Part shown: piece after piece, positions 48,801-64,000 of the stretch | Position numbering within the stretch: position 1 is the first letter of the stretch | Layout: every line of letters starts with the position of its first letter | Assembly: GCA_964035545.1 (NCBI GenBank) | Contig: OZ037768.1 | Span: 9,146,741-9,210,740 of the forward strand | Origin: Bugula neritina | Taxonomy: Eukaryota; Animalia; Bryozoa | Direction: 5' to 3' | Length of the DNA stretch: 64,000 nucleotides | Position numbers and translations under genes: made by a program | Notes under the pieces: generated by a model | The model's input: the letters and a program-made list of their open reading frames with translations, nothing else | Told to the model about the DNA's origin: nothing | Databases searched by the model: none

Positions 48801-51565
48801 CATGAAACACGTGTTACCAAGGTTGATGAGACCTCTTAAACCTGTGTCAGATATACGTGTAGTCTGAGTATAGGAGTTCATTGTACTCAACACATAAATG
48901 TGAAAATAAACAAGCAAACCAATAGGCTATCACATGGCAAATTGAAATTAGCAAACATAAAAACTCTACAGAAGCAGCCGAGGTCTAGGGGTTAGAGTGT
49001 TGGCTTAGTAAACAGGACATTATGGGTTGAAACCCCAATAAAGGCCATTGGCGAGATTCAAAAGAGCATCCAGTCATAATTGCTCTTGTGCCACATCTGA
49101 ATAAGTCTTTAGTCTGCTTAAACAGACCTTTCCATCAGGGGTTTTCACTGGGATAGTGACTATAAACTTGCATCAGTTTTATAACATCTTTACACATACA
49201 AAAAACGAACACCTAGGCCAGGGTTGAGTTTAAGCCACATTGATTGAGTATTTTCTGACTTAAATACTTGAAATTTCTTGGCATGGGCGAAATTACTATA
49301 ACCAGACTTAACTTGAAAGCCTTTTTAACTGACTACAAGTTTTTCAAATTTTTTAGCGAGTAAAGGCATTATACTAGTTACTTTAATGTTCAGCATATAC
49401 TAGGGAGTAGTTGGGCAAATTAATCAAATCACAATGATCTAATAGCGTGTCAATGAAAAGGTCTCAGAGTAATTTCATTTTAGTGTTATTAAGTTAGTCC
49501 TATGGTTATTGAACTGACTTGGAATTGACTTGATTCGTTTTTATTTGAACCACAATCACTTGACTTGACTTAAACTGCTGCAACCTAAACATCTAACTTA
49601 CCAACACTAGAATTATTCTCTATTTTTCTGCGTTTAGGATTAGAATGCAATGATTCAATTTCAACATCAGTTGGAGTCCAAGCACCTGAAATGAAAACAA
49701 ATAAACGGAATACTAAAACATAAACATGAAAATAATTAAAACAGAATCACACAAACAGCTAATCTAAACAACAAGTGATATTTTCTTGGCTTCAGAACTT
49801 GAATCCTAAAGAGTTAAATCCTATATAGTAGATTGTAGAATTTGCCAATTGCAACTTTTTGTAGCAACTTACTAAAGAATCTGTTATTGCTGATCCCAGC
49901 CACTTTATCTAAATCATCGTCGTAGATGTGGTCCTTACAGCGATAGCAATAGACACCACCATATGATATGTCCATGGCTAAAAAAACAAAAGTAGAGATG
50001 AAATTCTTCAGATGTGCATCTCAAATAGCCTGTAAAACCACGCCAAACTCTTTGCCTACTTGTGTAACAAGTTAGGCTTCTAATGACGGTTACTCCTAAC
50101 TAATGTCCTGGGAGATGGGGCTTATTTGTTTGGGAAGACAGTCTATTTAAAAGAAGAAGAACTTTGATTTCAAGCTTCGGCTGCATCGTGACAAAACTCA
50201 ACCAACCATAGAAAAGGCGCTGGGAGTAAACCTTGCAAACATAGTTGGTGTCAGAACTCCTAAGGTAATTGTTTACAAATTCATTTTAGTGGCTTCTGCT
50301 TAATAATAACTTATTTATTAAACATGTTACTGGTAACCGAACATCCAATAACATCAGAGAGGGCGCCTCTAAGTTACCCAAAACAACAAGAATATATGCT
50401 AAATGTCTACCAACATTAATTTTTGCCAATTATTTCCCTACCTAAGGCAACATGACAATAGCTGATGAATTATTTGAAAACATAAGTGCCTGAAACAAAC
50501 TGTAAAATCAATCTAGTTGAGTATACAACTCTGATGCTGCATTACAATTGTAGCCCAAACAATTTTGCAGACTTTATTACTACATTAATTTAGCTTGTCA
50601 GCCCTGTTTAAAATTTTGCTGAAAAAGTATCCTTCAAGTGAAGTAAATCTCAAAAGAATACTATTACAAAACAACAACAGAGTTGAAAGGAAAGCTTATA
50701 AATACTAACCAAGAAAATGTTTACTGGATTTGGCATGTTCCTGTATATGCTTTTTTTCAAAGCAAGCAAAGTAGACACATTGCAAACATGCATACAGCCG
50801 GGGAGTATAATCATCACACTCACAACATTTTATGGCAGGTGGCTCCTACAAAACCAGTGTAAACAAGAATTTGTAAGCAACATAGTAACAAAAAAGCAAT
50901 TTTAATTAAAATACGGTGATTATTGTTGTACAGATAACCAGTATTTAAGTAGTGACATAACTGCATTTTTAAGTTTTCCATGCGGACTAGAGTTTACATT
51001 TTCATGATTAGCACAAGAACTGTAGGCAAAAAGCTTTCTAATGACCCATTCTGTTATTTTGGTAAAAGTGTTGCTTTTAAAATAAAAAAAGGCAAAACAT
51101 ATTCTGAACATTATGCTTATTACGAGTATTATACTATTTCCCACTGCAACTGTAAGTGGTAATTATAAATTTGTAAGAAATTATCAGCCAAAATCATTTC
51201 TCTTCATTATTACCATGATAATGATCATTATCAACATGATTAGCATTTCTATGTTGACTTAGTCAAAGTCATAAAACAACTTTTAACAATTAATTCAAAA
51301 TTTAACTTTAAAACTCTTGTGGTTAAATTCTTACCTCACTTATAAGTTATAGTTACTATAAAAAGCATACCTTTCTTGATGAATCTTTATATCCGCCATT
51401 CTCGGCTCCAAAGTCGCATGACTTAATGCTACTACTTGCCGGGGATCTAATAAAGGTTTCAAGCAAAAACCCATATGATTCTAGAAGACTTGTTGAAGAT
51501 TTTAGGGCTTCTATGTGGTGACAAGATGATGTTGATCTTGGTGTATTACTTGCTTTGGTACCCAT
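45895..51565 (-). CDS. USP22: Ubiquitin carboxyl-terminal hydrolase 22 (SAGA deubiquitinase, Nonstop/Ubp8 family), ~514 aa, 11 coding exons
   Basis: Exons 51371-51565, 50710-50845, 49873-49977, 49602-49685, 48669-48841, 48014-48161, 47818-47920, 47311-47575, 46805-46947, 46421-46570, 45895-45937. ZnF-UBP ([18 protein letters not shown]), Cys box [34 protein letters not shown], His box [35 protein letters not shown]. Confidence 0.95.
48973..49180 (+). mobile_element. tRNA-derived SINE copy 2 (USP22 intron)
   Basis: Colinear with 33559-33771: AGCAGCCG.GGTCTA..., AAAGGCCATT, GTCATAATTGCTC.TGTGCC.CATCTG.ATAAGTC, TTCCATCAGGGGTTT, TAAACTTGCAT.AGTTTT. Confidence 0.8.
49218..49590. mobile_element. 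Possible non-autonomous DNA transposon (hAT-like) with GACTT subterminal repeats
   Basis: Starts CAGGGTTG, ends GCAACCT, contains many GACTTGA motifs; TSD not evident. Confidence 0.35.
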
Positions 51566-52580
51566 TACTGTATCAGCTGTATGTGTAACAACAACACAAC
51601 AAATAAACAATAGCATAGCTATAACTATAAATTAATATTACTAAATATATAGGTATAGCCCATAGGCATATGCCTAAGGCTAGGTTTCAAATATTTTACA
51701 TTTATCTATAATTTAAATATAAATTGCATGGTAATGACTATGAGCAAAAACCAGCAATTGAACGAAATCACTTATTACAATAATTGATAATACTACTAGT
51801 ATTACTAATAATATTAATTCGATTTATATAAAAATTGCCAAAAACTTTTTACTATAACAGCTGTGTATGCCTATAATTATGAACACTATTAGCATTTCTA
51901 ATAGTTTATTATTTAGTGTTAATTTTACTTATAGTTATACTCATACTCGCACTGATAATAAATCTAAATCAAAATGAGCAAAACTAAAAGTAAAATAAAA
52001 ATTAAAAGTAAACGTAAATACTAAATATTTATAACTATATTATTATTAATAGTAATACTAAACAAACAAATTACTAATGACTAACGACTATGAGAATGAG
52101 CAAATATTAAAGCCCAAAAGTTAATGTTAAAGTAAATTATTATTAGTAACAGTAGGAGTATCACTATTAATATTAGTAGAACAAAGTCACTGTGTCAAAC
52201 TCAAAGTGAAAGTAAAAATTAAAACGTAACTTTTATTTCATCTGAAAGTTTCATTTCAACAAGAACTAGAAGCACCCGTGCAAGTAAATAAAGATACTAC
52301 TGAACTCTTATCATAAGTATTTAATCGATTATGATCATGATTCTTAGTTGAGTACATAATTATCATTATTATTTCGTAATTGTTATTCCCTGAAGATTGT
52401 TTCGACCTGTCAAGACCTTGAATAAATGGCAAAAGCAAAATATCTAGAAAAACAGTCCAAAATCATATTGATCAACAACTTTTAGCCTTTAACATGTATG
52501 TTATTGGAATGAAAAAGAAGGCTGTGTTTAGGACTATTTATATCACCTTGACATTATTTATTCATATTGCGCGAGGGTAG

Positions 52581-52597
52581 CACGTGTATTCCACGTG
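52581..52597. promoter_or_regulatory. Tandem E-boxes CACGTG-N5-CACGTG (ChoRE geometry) in the USP22/NUDT21 divergent intergenic region
   Basis: CACGTG at 52581-52586 and 52592-52597 separated by TATTC, in a locally CpG-rich patch. Confidence 0.5.
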
Positions 52598-54014
52598 AGC
52601 AATCCATTTTGTGAGAAGCCAACAGCTGTTAGCTTAATCGCAGCGAGTTGTAAAGTGTCAAACTCAAACAGAACATTTTTTACCAATTCTTCCTATTACA
52701 CACCATAAAATTTTCAACAAGTTTCAGGTTATTACTATTTTTCACATATTAGTAATTTTTTTTTATATTTGCAAACTTTAAGTTTCCTTCGAGCTGCATT
52801 GTAATTGTTTATTTCCTAAAGAAAATCAATTTGAATTTTACACACTCTCAGTGAAGGTTTGACTTGACTCTTTGAATGTAAGTTTTAGTCTAAACTTTGA
52901 ACAAATTTTAAATAAATAAGTAATCAAAATTCACCTCGACGTTACAGGACTAGGCCATACTAAGTATAATCTTGAAGATAAAATTATTTCAAAGCTTGAA
53001 AGTTTGCTTTAGTTTTAAATTTTAAAGCTGTACCTCAAAATCAGTCCGACTCGTTAAAAATGATTTTCACTCCTGGTATACTTAATTCAAGTTCAGTGTG
53101 AGTGTTTTTAAACTAAATGTCAACATAGTTAGAGTAAGGCTGCTTTTAAATATTTGAAATTAGGAATAAACTTACTCTTAACATGCGGATGCATAGCTTA
53201 ACTTTTAAGCTAAAACTTTCTTGTGCAAATATTTGTATTTCAGTATTTGTATTATATTTATCGTAAGAAAAAGCTAATAAAGCTATCTAATCATATGTGT
53301 ATATTTATAGCAAACGTAATGCTTAAACTGAGTTAATAGTTTGGGTGTGTAGCCCATCAACACTGTAGAATAGTTAGGTAGTGGGGTCCATTGGCTATGC
53401 TATTTTTAGCTAATATATATATATATATTTATATATATGTATATATATATGGGCATCAAAATCAGGTATTCAGTCATTACATTACTTAAATACTTAGGGT
53501 TTCCCTTCCTCAACTATTTTAACATCTAAATTATACAAGTCAACACCACTAAGGAGGCAAAAAGTAGTTTTATTATTAAATATCGTTTTGTTAAATCTTG
53601 TTTATTTTTACAAAGTTTTAGAGTTTCGTAGCACATAGTTAACGTTTAGTTTGTTTGCCCAGTTGTTACGCCAGTCAATACAGGATTACACATATCACTT
53701 TGACACCAGTAACCTTCATTCATTATCATGGTGGTGCAGCTACAACTACTCTACTGTTAATGTTAGTGTTTATGTTTGTCTCTAAAATTTATAAAATCTA
53801 AAATAGGTTTTAGGAAAGTGTAGTTTAAAGCTAACATCTTTGCTTCTAGTTTTAACATTTTTACAGATATGAATATCCTATTTTCGAAAATTTTAGAGGT
53901 TTCTTGGAATTTCTTAATTTGTTTTTCTTTTTACTCTTGCACGTAACTTGACAGAGTTGAAAAATATTACCTAGATATGGTTGTCAATCTATGCTATTTG
54001 TATGTGTGTATGTA

Positions 54015-54066
54015 TATACATACATACATACATACATACATGCATACGTACAATCATACATACATA
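54015..54066. repeat. (TACA)n microsatellite
   Basis: Imperfect TACA/CATA tandem array. Confidence 0.85.
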
Positions 54067-54327
54067 AACCATTACAAAGTGATAGTGTAATTTTCAGGAA
54101 GCTCCCGGGTACCTCCTACAAATTTTTTTTTCAAGTTTTATACCAACAGTTGAAGCAATAGCTGATTATAATATAAATAACTCATTTAAATATAAGATTT
54201 TATGTTGACCACTGCACCTTTGTTAGGGTCAAATTATCTCAGCAAAAGCTGAGACATCTTGATTATCAGATATATTGATATTGCATACTGATATTCTAGG
54301 TGGAAAGGGAAGGGCTTTTGTAATGTA

Positions 54328-57163
<2,836 letters not shown>

Positions 57164-57649
57164 CATGTATGGAAGAATGTAGATTCTAGGATCAGAAGAG
57201 TGAACTAAATGTCATCTGTATTCTGTACACTGTACAGTATATACTTTGTTATATTTCAGTGTATATATATATATATATTTCATACGTACAGTAGGCTATA
57301 TATATAATTTACTATATGTATAAATACTAAGAATATCATAAGCATGAGAATTATGTAGACACAATACATGTAGTTACAGTTGTTGGTTCTGTTTATTCAT
57401 TATAATTATATATTTCAACAGAGTGTTTCACATTCCAATATGAATGGTATTTTAATGCGAACAACAATGTTTTGGCAAAAAATTAAAATTGCTAAAATTA
57501 AAGAATTTATCTAATGTCTTTGTGAAAAGAGTAATGTCATGACAAAAGCCTAATAAATGATGCAAAAATAAATATACAAATTCTATAAATATGAATTGCT
57601 AGTGGTTTTATATTAAAGAAGGTAACAATGGGCAGTAAACTACATATGT

Positions 57650-60600
57650 TCACGTCCATTCACACTCATGGCCACAGCCAGTAGGACACTGCGTGTTTGA
57701 TTTAAACCAGTCCTTCATATGAGATATATGACCACCATGTGCACAGCCTTGGCAACACACATATATCCCTTTCACCGGAGTGTGACTACAAGAACCATTA
57801 GATTACCATACAAATTGAATAGTAAGAATCTGCTCATTGAATTTTTGTTCAACAGTGGCTGAAGAAAAAATGTAATGCTTAAATACTGTTATAAATAGTA
57901 GAAAGAATAGCAGATTTTACAAATGTCATGGTCAACAATGTATTGATCTCCTAGGACTAATATTTAAAGTTCTTGTGCCTTTTTTTAGACTACTAAATAT
58001 TCATTTAGCGAACCTAACATAAATGTGTGCATTAGAAAAACAAATTTCATGATATGTAAGGATACATTTTAAAAGATGTTTTGTCCATCTCTATAGCATA
58101 ATGTAGTTTTACATTGAACAAAAACACCATGTTGGTGTCTAATGATACAGCAAAGCAGTGGCAAATGAAAATATTTTACTACTTCTGTAGATTATTTACC
58201 ATATTGAGCAAAGAGAGGTAATCTTCCGACACTTCTTGCAGTACCAGCCACATTTCTCTGTGAGAAGTGGCTTTTGGCAAGAGGCGCACACTGTGTATAT
58301 TGTAGTTGATGCCTGATTTAATTGCTGTATGTTTTTCAAACTACATTTGGTTATGATTGTGTTGGAAACACACCACAATTTGAACATTTCAAGTAGATCT
58401 ACAATAAAGACAAACTATTATTTAATAATAGGTAACTCAAAAAAAACTTATCACTGTGTATTACTTAAAAATGCAAGGGTTAGTGATAGTTAATAAAAGG
58501 TCTATTTTTGATAATCATTTATTAGTGTATACTTAATTCAACAATTTCAGCAGATTTGCAAGTGAAGAGTGCATTTTACTATTATACAGTTAGCACACTA
58601 TAACAGTTTATAAACATCTCCATCTGTAGTCAGGACATTCCTAGTGGCTTATTATAAGACAGCTTTGCCATACCAAAAATAATAGTTTCATGCTTAATTT
58701 ATTATACCGAGTAACAATTACCAGTACTCTTACCTAAATATGCAGTCATCCAATTTTCTAATAATTCTTCATCTATCTGAGACTTAATTTTATTTCCCAG
58801 AACTATATGCATAGAAACAGCTGTTTGCACGTCACCCTGTAAATATACCAAACTGCAAACTCCATCTGAAACTTGAATTATCCTTTGCAATAAAATTTTT
58901 GCCGCTATTATCAAAACATTTTTAAAATAAGCTATTGCAATTATACAAAGACTGCGACGAAACTCTTGATTTTAAAGAATGACCCCCCTCCACCCAAAGT
59001 ACACAAGTAAAATTGTCCGCTGTCATAGTGCTACCACTACTCAACCTGAGCCACACGAGAAAGGGAACTGAATAGAAATAGCTGATAGAGACTCACATCT
59101 TCAGCATATGAGTGAAGTAAAGAAATCACAGCACTGACGGAATCCCAGAGAGGAATATCAAAGGCAGCTGGAATCACAGATATCTGCAATACATTATGGT
59201 GGTTAAAATCCAAAAATTATTTCCAGCAAGATGAAGCATGCCAACATGAAAATTTAAATCAGTAGCAGATTTTATTAATAAATTCCTGTCTTTGGTTTAA
59301 AAGTTTTCATCTCTATATGAGAGATTTTTCTTCTACTATTCTACACACGGAACTAATAGTTGATTGGTTAACATGGTGTGTGAAAGCAATTTAATATAAG
59401 AAGCGTACCAACCTTTTCTGGAGACCTTTGTTCAGAAAGTTTATCTCTCAGGTAAGGATTCTCATAGAAAGGTATACGGTGAGAGTGGTATGCTAAGGAA
59501 GACTGTGGGTGACCAGCGTCCGTCAGATCATGGGGAGGTATAAAGCTCTCCGTTGGTAAATCAAAGTCCTGAAGTCATAAACAAAGTCATAATAATAGCC
59601 TACCCGGCAGTGCATTAATGCCTTTCCAAATCTGATGCTCTTGTCATCATTTTTTTCCACATTATTTAAATAATAATTGCTTAGGTATAACAATTGTTTA
59701 CACCTCCATAATGGTCAGAACGAGTGAACGCGGAAATGTGATAACAATTTGCAAAGTAGTAGCTCTAAAGTTATTCTACCAAAAAGTTATCGAAATGTAA
59801 TTACTGAGTGTCAAAATGAATTTTCTAGTTTAAAATCTGCAAAACAATTTATTTGTGGCTAAAATTTCAACAAGTTCACCTGCTCATCTTCAAAATATTC
59901 ATCATCCTTTTCATCTAAATCAAGTTCAAATCCATCAATTTCATTATCTTCAAAGAAGAAGTCATGGTTTGCCGTCTGAGTTGCCGAGTTGCTCTGGAAA
60001 TTATCGTCATAGTCTTCATCACCGCTGACCCCTAGGAGATTAGTTGAATTAGAGATTATTACTTATAACAATGTAATTACTAAATTTCCTAAACTTGTAG
60101 GAAAATAACACAGTTAAACTTAAAATATTTTTCCCATAAGGCTTTGTAATGTGTTCATAACATATGCTATGATGACTATACCCATTTCAATTACAAACCA
60201 TCATATATTATAACTGAAACTAGGTACATGACATTATTGGTGATTAAAACTAAAAATCAAATAGTTTTGCTCGAAATAAAATACTTAATAACACAGTGAG
60301 TCTTATCAACAGTTGAGTAATATTAAATATAAAACAGTTCTAACTGATGCAATATAAAGAAATAATAGAGAAACATTTTAGGTTTTGCAGTCTGTCAGAT
60401 GTAACTTATACTATATTATATGAAAGCAGGCCAATAATTAATACTATTCTAGCTAGTGTTAAGTATGTGAGTAAATTATCTGTATAAGTAAAGATACCTG
60501 AAGTAATATCTCCATTCTCCAGATTACTATAGTTACTGTGTATCAACTTAGTATCAGCAGCAGCACCATTCACTGGAAACAGACAAACACATATTTTAGT

Positions 60601-63600
60601 TATTTATAAAACTATGTTATGCAGACACAGTACAAGCCTGAGCTAGAAGATTTGCCTAACCCTTATTAGTAAGGCTAAAACTAACCTTCTACTCTTACAG
60701 GAGGAACTTCAACCGTGATTGGACGAGGATTCGAGAGATTTGGGGGTAAAAATGTGTGCGATTGAGCATCAAAAACAGAATTAAACATAGTCTTCAGTAG
60801 CAACCAGTGTTTCATGATCTACAAAACCAAATTAATAAAAATCATTCATTCTAAAGACTTTTATCAAGATAGGAAATTACAATTTTAAAGAAAAAGTTAA
60901 TGCAAGTGAATGCCTACCTGCACTTTCTTGCATTGACCGGCAATCTCCGAGTTGTGTTGACACATCTCTTCAAAAGGACGTCCATAGAGGACGTAGTTGT
61001 TGGCACAGTATTTAAAATGATTTGCATTGAACTCCTATCAGAGAAAACATACCACTAATATACATTCAGCCAACTGAAGAGCAAATATTAGCATCCTTAT
61101 AACTCAGGTAAATATAACATGTTTTACATTTTAATGATATGTGTAAACCAACCTGATTGGCTGGTTGGAAGAAATACAGGCTAGAAATTTTGTCTTTTAT
61201 AAACTCCTCTCGTTTGTCAGGTTTAGACAAACCAGTTCGGAACAATGTCATGACCTTGCTACCGGGGCCGCCAGATGCCGAGGGATGACTCATAGAAGGA
61301 TTACTAGCTCCCTTTACACCTGCTATCTCATCAAGTCATCAATTCATTACATAGAGTATAAAACATGGAATTGCAAATAATCTAAAATTATTTCATTTAG
61401 CTAAAAAATATATTGAAATAAAATTATAGGAAGCATACTTAAAATGTGAATTAATTAAAGCAAACTCTAAATTTTCTACTCAATTTTTAGTCATCTTTGG
61501 AGCATCAGAGTTAAGTATTTACTTAGAAATGTCAATGATGTAAATAAAAAACTAAGTTATGATACATAATTATAAGTCTAACAGCAAAAGAAGCAATAGA
61601 TTTTTATAGACTAAAAATTTTTTTCTCGCCATAGAGGCTTTTAAGGACATTCTAAACACTGGAGATGACTCAAGAGTTTGAGCCAAAACCTTACTGTTTG
61701 TTCCAGTCAATAAAGAATTTAAATAAACTTCACAATTATATATTTTATGCAAACAAATACACAATTATTCTAAATCTAGGCAACTCCACTACCTGATTGG
61801 AACAGATCAACTTATTAACATTATTCATCCAACAATATAGAATCTATCCACTATAATAATGTTTGCTGTGTTGTGACTGAGTTTGCTATACAGCTTTTGC
61901 TTCCTAAAGTTGGCTAAAAGTAGTAAATGCGGGAGAAAAAACTGGTACATTTTTTAATTCTGCATGTTTTCTACTCTAGGCAAAAGATCGCAGAGTGAAA
62001 GAATAGTAAGCCTAGGGCCACACGGTGCGTATTTTCGCATGCGAAAATTGAAATCACAAGTAGCAAAGGTGTCCACTGTAGCGTCAGTGATGCGTGATAA
62101 ATAAAGCTTTCATTTTTAAATCGCACTCGCTTTCAATAAAACGCAATTTACTGGAATGTAGCACTAAAATAAAGAAGTTGGGCTCGCTGAATAACTATCA
62201 GCCAATTAGGTGACGACGACAGAGACGATTCGCACTTGCGTTGAGAATGCAGAGCGACAAGTGCGAAGGTTTTCTCAACGCGCACAGTGGACACCTTTGC
62301 TACTTGTGATTTCAATTTTCGCATGCGAAAATACACACCGTGTGGCCCTAGGCTAAAAGTAGGGGCACACAGTGCGTATTTTCGCAGCCGAAAGTTTGCA
62401 TTACAAGTAGTGCATTCTGAACGACAAGTTCAAATATTTTCTGTCGTCGTCCCCTAATTGGCTGGTAGTCACTTAGCGAGCCCACTTTTCTTAATTAGGT
62501 GCTACATTCCATTACAATGCGTTTTATTGAAAGCGAGTGAGATTTAAAAATGAAAATTTAATTTATCCCGCACATGTAGCCATAGCAACAAGGCGAGGAG
62601 TAAAGTTGAACGCAAATATTACTAGCTAGTAGTGTTTCGATTTCACTGACGCTACGTTTCGTACAGTGAACACCTTTCCTACTTGTAGTTCAAATTTTCG
62701 TCTGCGAAAATACGCACCGTGTGGCCCTAGGCTAAGAGATAGAGTACAAGAAAAGCAAATATAATACAAACCTGAGCATTGGCTAGATGAAAGCAGTAGT
62801 CTGTCATTCAAAGCAAGAGCTAGCTCAACGTCCTTGTCCAATGATATAGCTATCGGGTTGGCTTTCTCACTCAGTCTCATCGCATCTTTGAATGAATGCA
62901 TCACCAACTTAGAATCTTTACCTCCACTGATGAACTCATGGGCATCCTTCCAAATAATACCTAAACAGAGCACAGTTCCCCATAAGCAAACCAATTCCTT
63001 TTTGAAAGATGATATACTTTGCTAACCCAGCTCTGGGGATGAAAAAACTATTATAATGTCATATACATGCAACAAACAGAAGAGTGGCACTTGAAGCATA
63101 AAAAAAGAGTTGTGACGCTGAATACAGTGTGAAAGAAAGACATTCAAAACATTTTGGAAAAATTAAAATAATAAACTGCTTAAAATAAGTGCTGCGATTT
63201 TGTCATTCACTGTAATAATATTATGTTACTTTAAAGTGCGTCAGTATGAATATAGTAGTTGCAAATTGTCATTAAAAACTCAATAAGCTATCTTAAATAA
63301 TTTAAATTTGCTATTTTTATCAATAACTGTTTTTTAATTTTCAACTTAATTACTTAAAGTGAAAAAAGGATTTCAAAGTTGGAACTTGTAATTGCTGCAC
63401 CATAAATAATGCTAGAAAACTTTCCTAACTTACTCGTTACAACATCGCTGTGTTCTGTAAAAGTGGCAAAAGGAATTGAGGGACGAGTGAGTTCCCAAAC
63501 ATTCACACCCAAATCAAATGAATTGACAATACTGGCTATTTGGTTTGAACGTTTAGGCCTCCATCTTACTTTGGCCAACGGAGCTATAGTCTGTATGCCG

Positions 63601-63656
63601 TGTGTCTGTATCTTGGAATGCTGTCCAGTCATAACTGATTGAGGTAAGCTCCACAC
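57650..63656 (-). CDS. WDR24: GATOR2 complex subunit WDR24, 3' portion; N-terminal WD40 exons lie beyond the window end
   Basis: WD40 exon 63434-63656 (IQTIAPLAKVRWRP..VWELTRPSIPFATFTEHSDVVT), then ISGGKDS..ANP, CQHNSEIA, GDVQTAVSMHIVLG, LNQASTTIYTVCASCQKPL...GWYCKKC, and terminal RING exon 57650-57785 (CHTPVKGIYVCCQGCAHGGHISHMKDWF..CPTGCGHECEWT*). Confidence 0.92.
62010..62353. mobile_element. MITE with ~70-bp TIRs and TAA TSD (PIF/Harbinger-type), young copy
   Basis: GCCTAGGGCCACACGGTGCGTATTTTCGCATGCGAAAATTGAAATCACAAGTAGCAAAGGTGTCCACTGT and its near-perfect reverse complement; TAA at 62007-62009 and 62354-62356. Confidence 0.88.
62357..62732. mobile_element. Second, more diverged copy of the same MITE family in opposite orientation
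   Basis: Internal sequence is the reverse complement of the 62010-62353 interior; right TIR ...CCGTGTGGCCCTAGGC is followed by TAA. Confidence 0.82.
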
Positions 63657-64000
63657 CTGCATCATTATCTGTCATTTAATCTCTATGCCAACAATCAAGA
63701 TCAAAATGTACAGGACTGTTTAGCTTATTCTGTTTTCAAAGCAATACTTGCCCATAAATTAGATATGATAATAATAATTATTATATACCAATGACTGAGA
63801 GTTTCATCTCATGTGTACAAACATGCAATATTATATTGACCAGCCCCCATTTCTCAAGAGACTATGAAGCTAAGATAAACCTAATCATTTACTCTGCATT
63901 AAAAACTCAATCAAATATTCCCTTCTAATCTGCCAATGTAAAAATGTGCTACTAGTATAATTACTTCAATTAGTAAACTTATTTGCTCAATATGTTCAAA

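Noticed and set aside
50095-50390. Relatively GC-rich intronic stretch resembling a retroelement fragment
   Set aside because: No second copy, TSD or ORF in the window to support a call.
62148-62336. ORF and miR-1-like TGGAATGT inside the MITE
   Set aside because: Chance ORF within a transposon; the 8-mer lacks the rest of miR-1 and a local hairpin.

Overview
AT-rich, intron-containing animal genomic DNA. It is a bilaterian, inferred from the miR-1 family hairpins, and probably a calcifying marine invertebrate; the taxon cannot be fixed from sequence alone. I reconstructed splice models by hand from GT-AG junctions and exon phase. Gene order: (-) a 7-exon secreted acidic protein resembling coral skeletal aspartic-acid-rich proteins (SAARP/CARP4 type); (-) a 3-coding-exon P2X receptor, head-to-head with (+) a 17-exon CFAP58; (-) an uncharacterised EF-hand protein; (-) USP22, divergent from (+) NUDT21/CPSF5; and (-) WDR24, whose 5' end lies outside the window. 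The most notable signal is absent from the ORF track: four diverged miR-1-family pre-miRNA hairpins antisense within CFAP58 introns 6, 7 and 10, with no recognisable mir-133 partner. Candidate muscle-enhancer motifs lie upstream of them and miR-1 seed sites occur in two 3' UTRs in the window. Other signals are a dense UGUA cluster in the NUDT21 3' UTR (possible autoregulation), a perfect ChoRE-type double E-box between USP22 and NUDT21, and several small transposons (RTE LINE tail with TSD, tRNA-derived SINEs, a MULE-like foldback, two abutting TAA-flanked MITEs).
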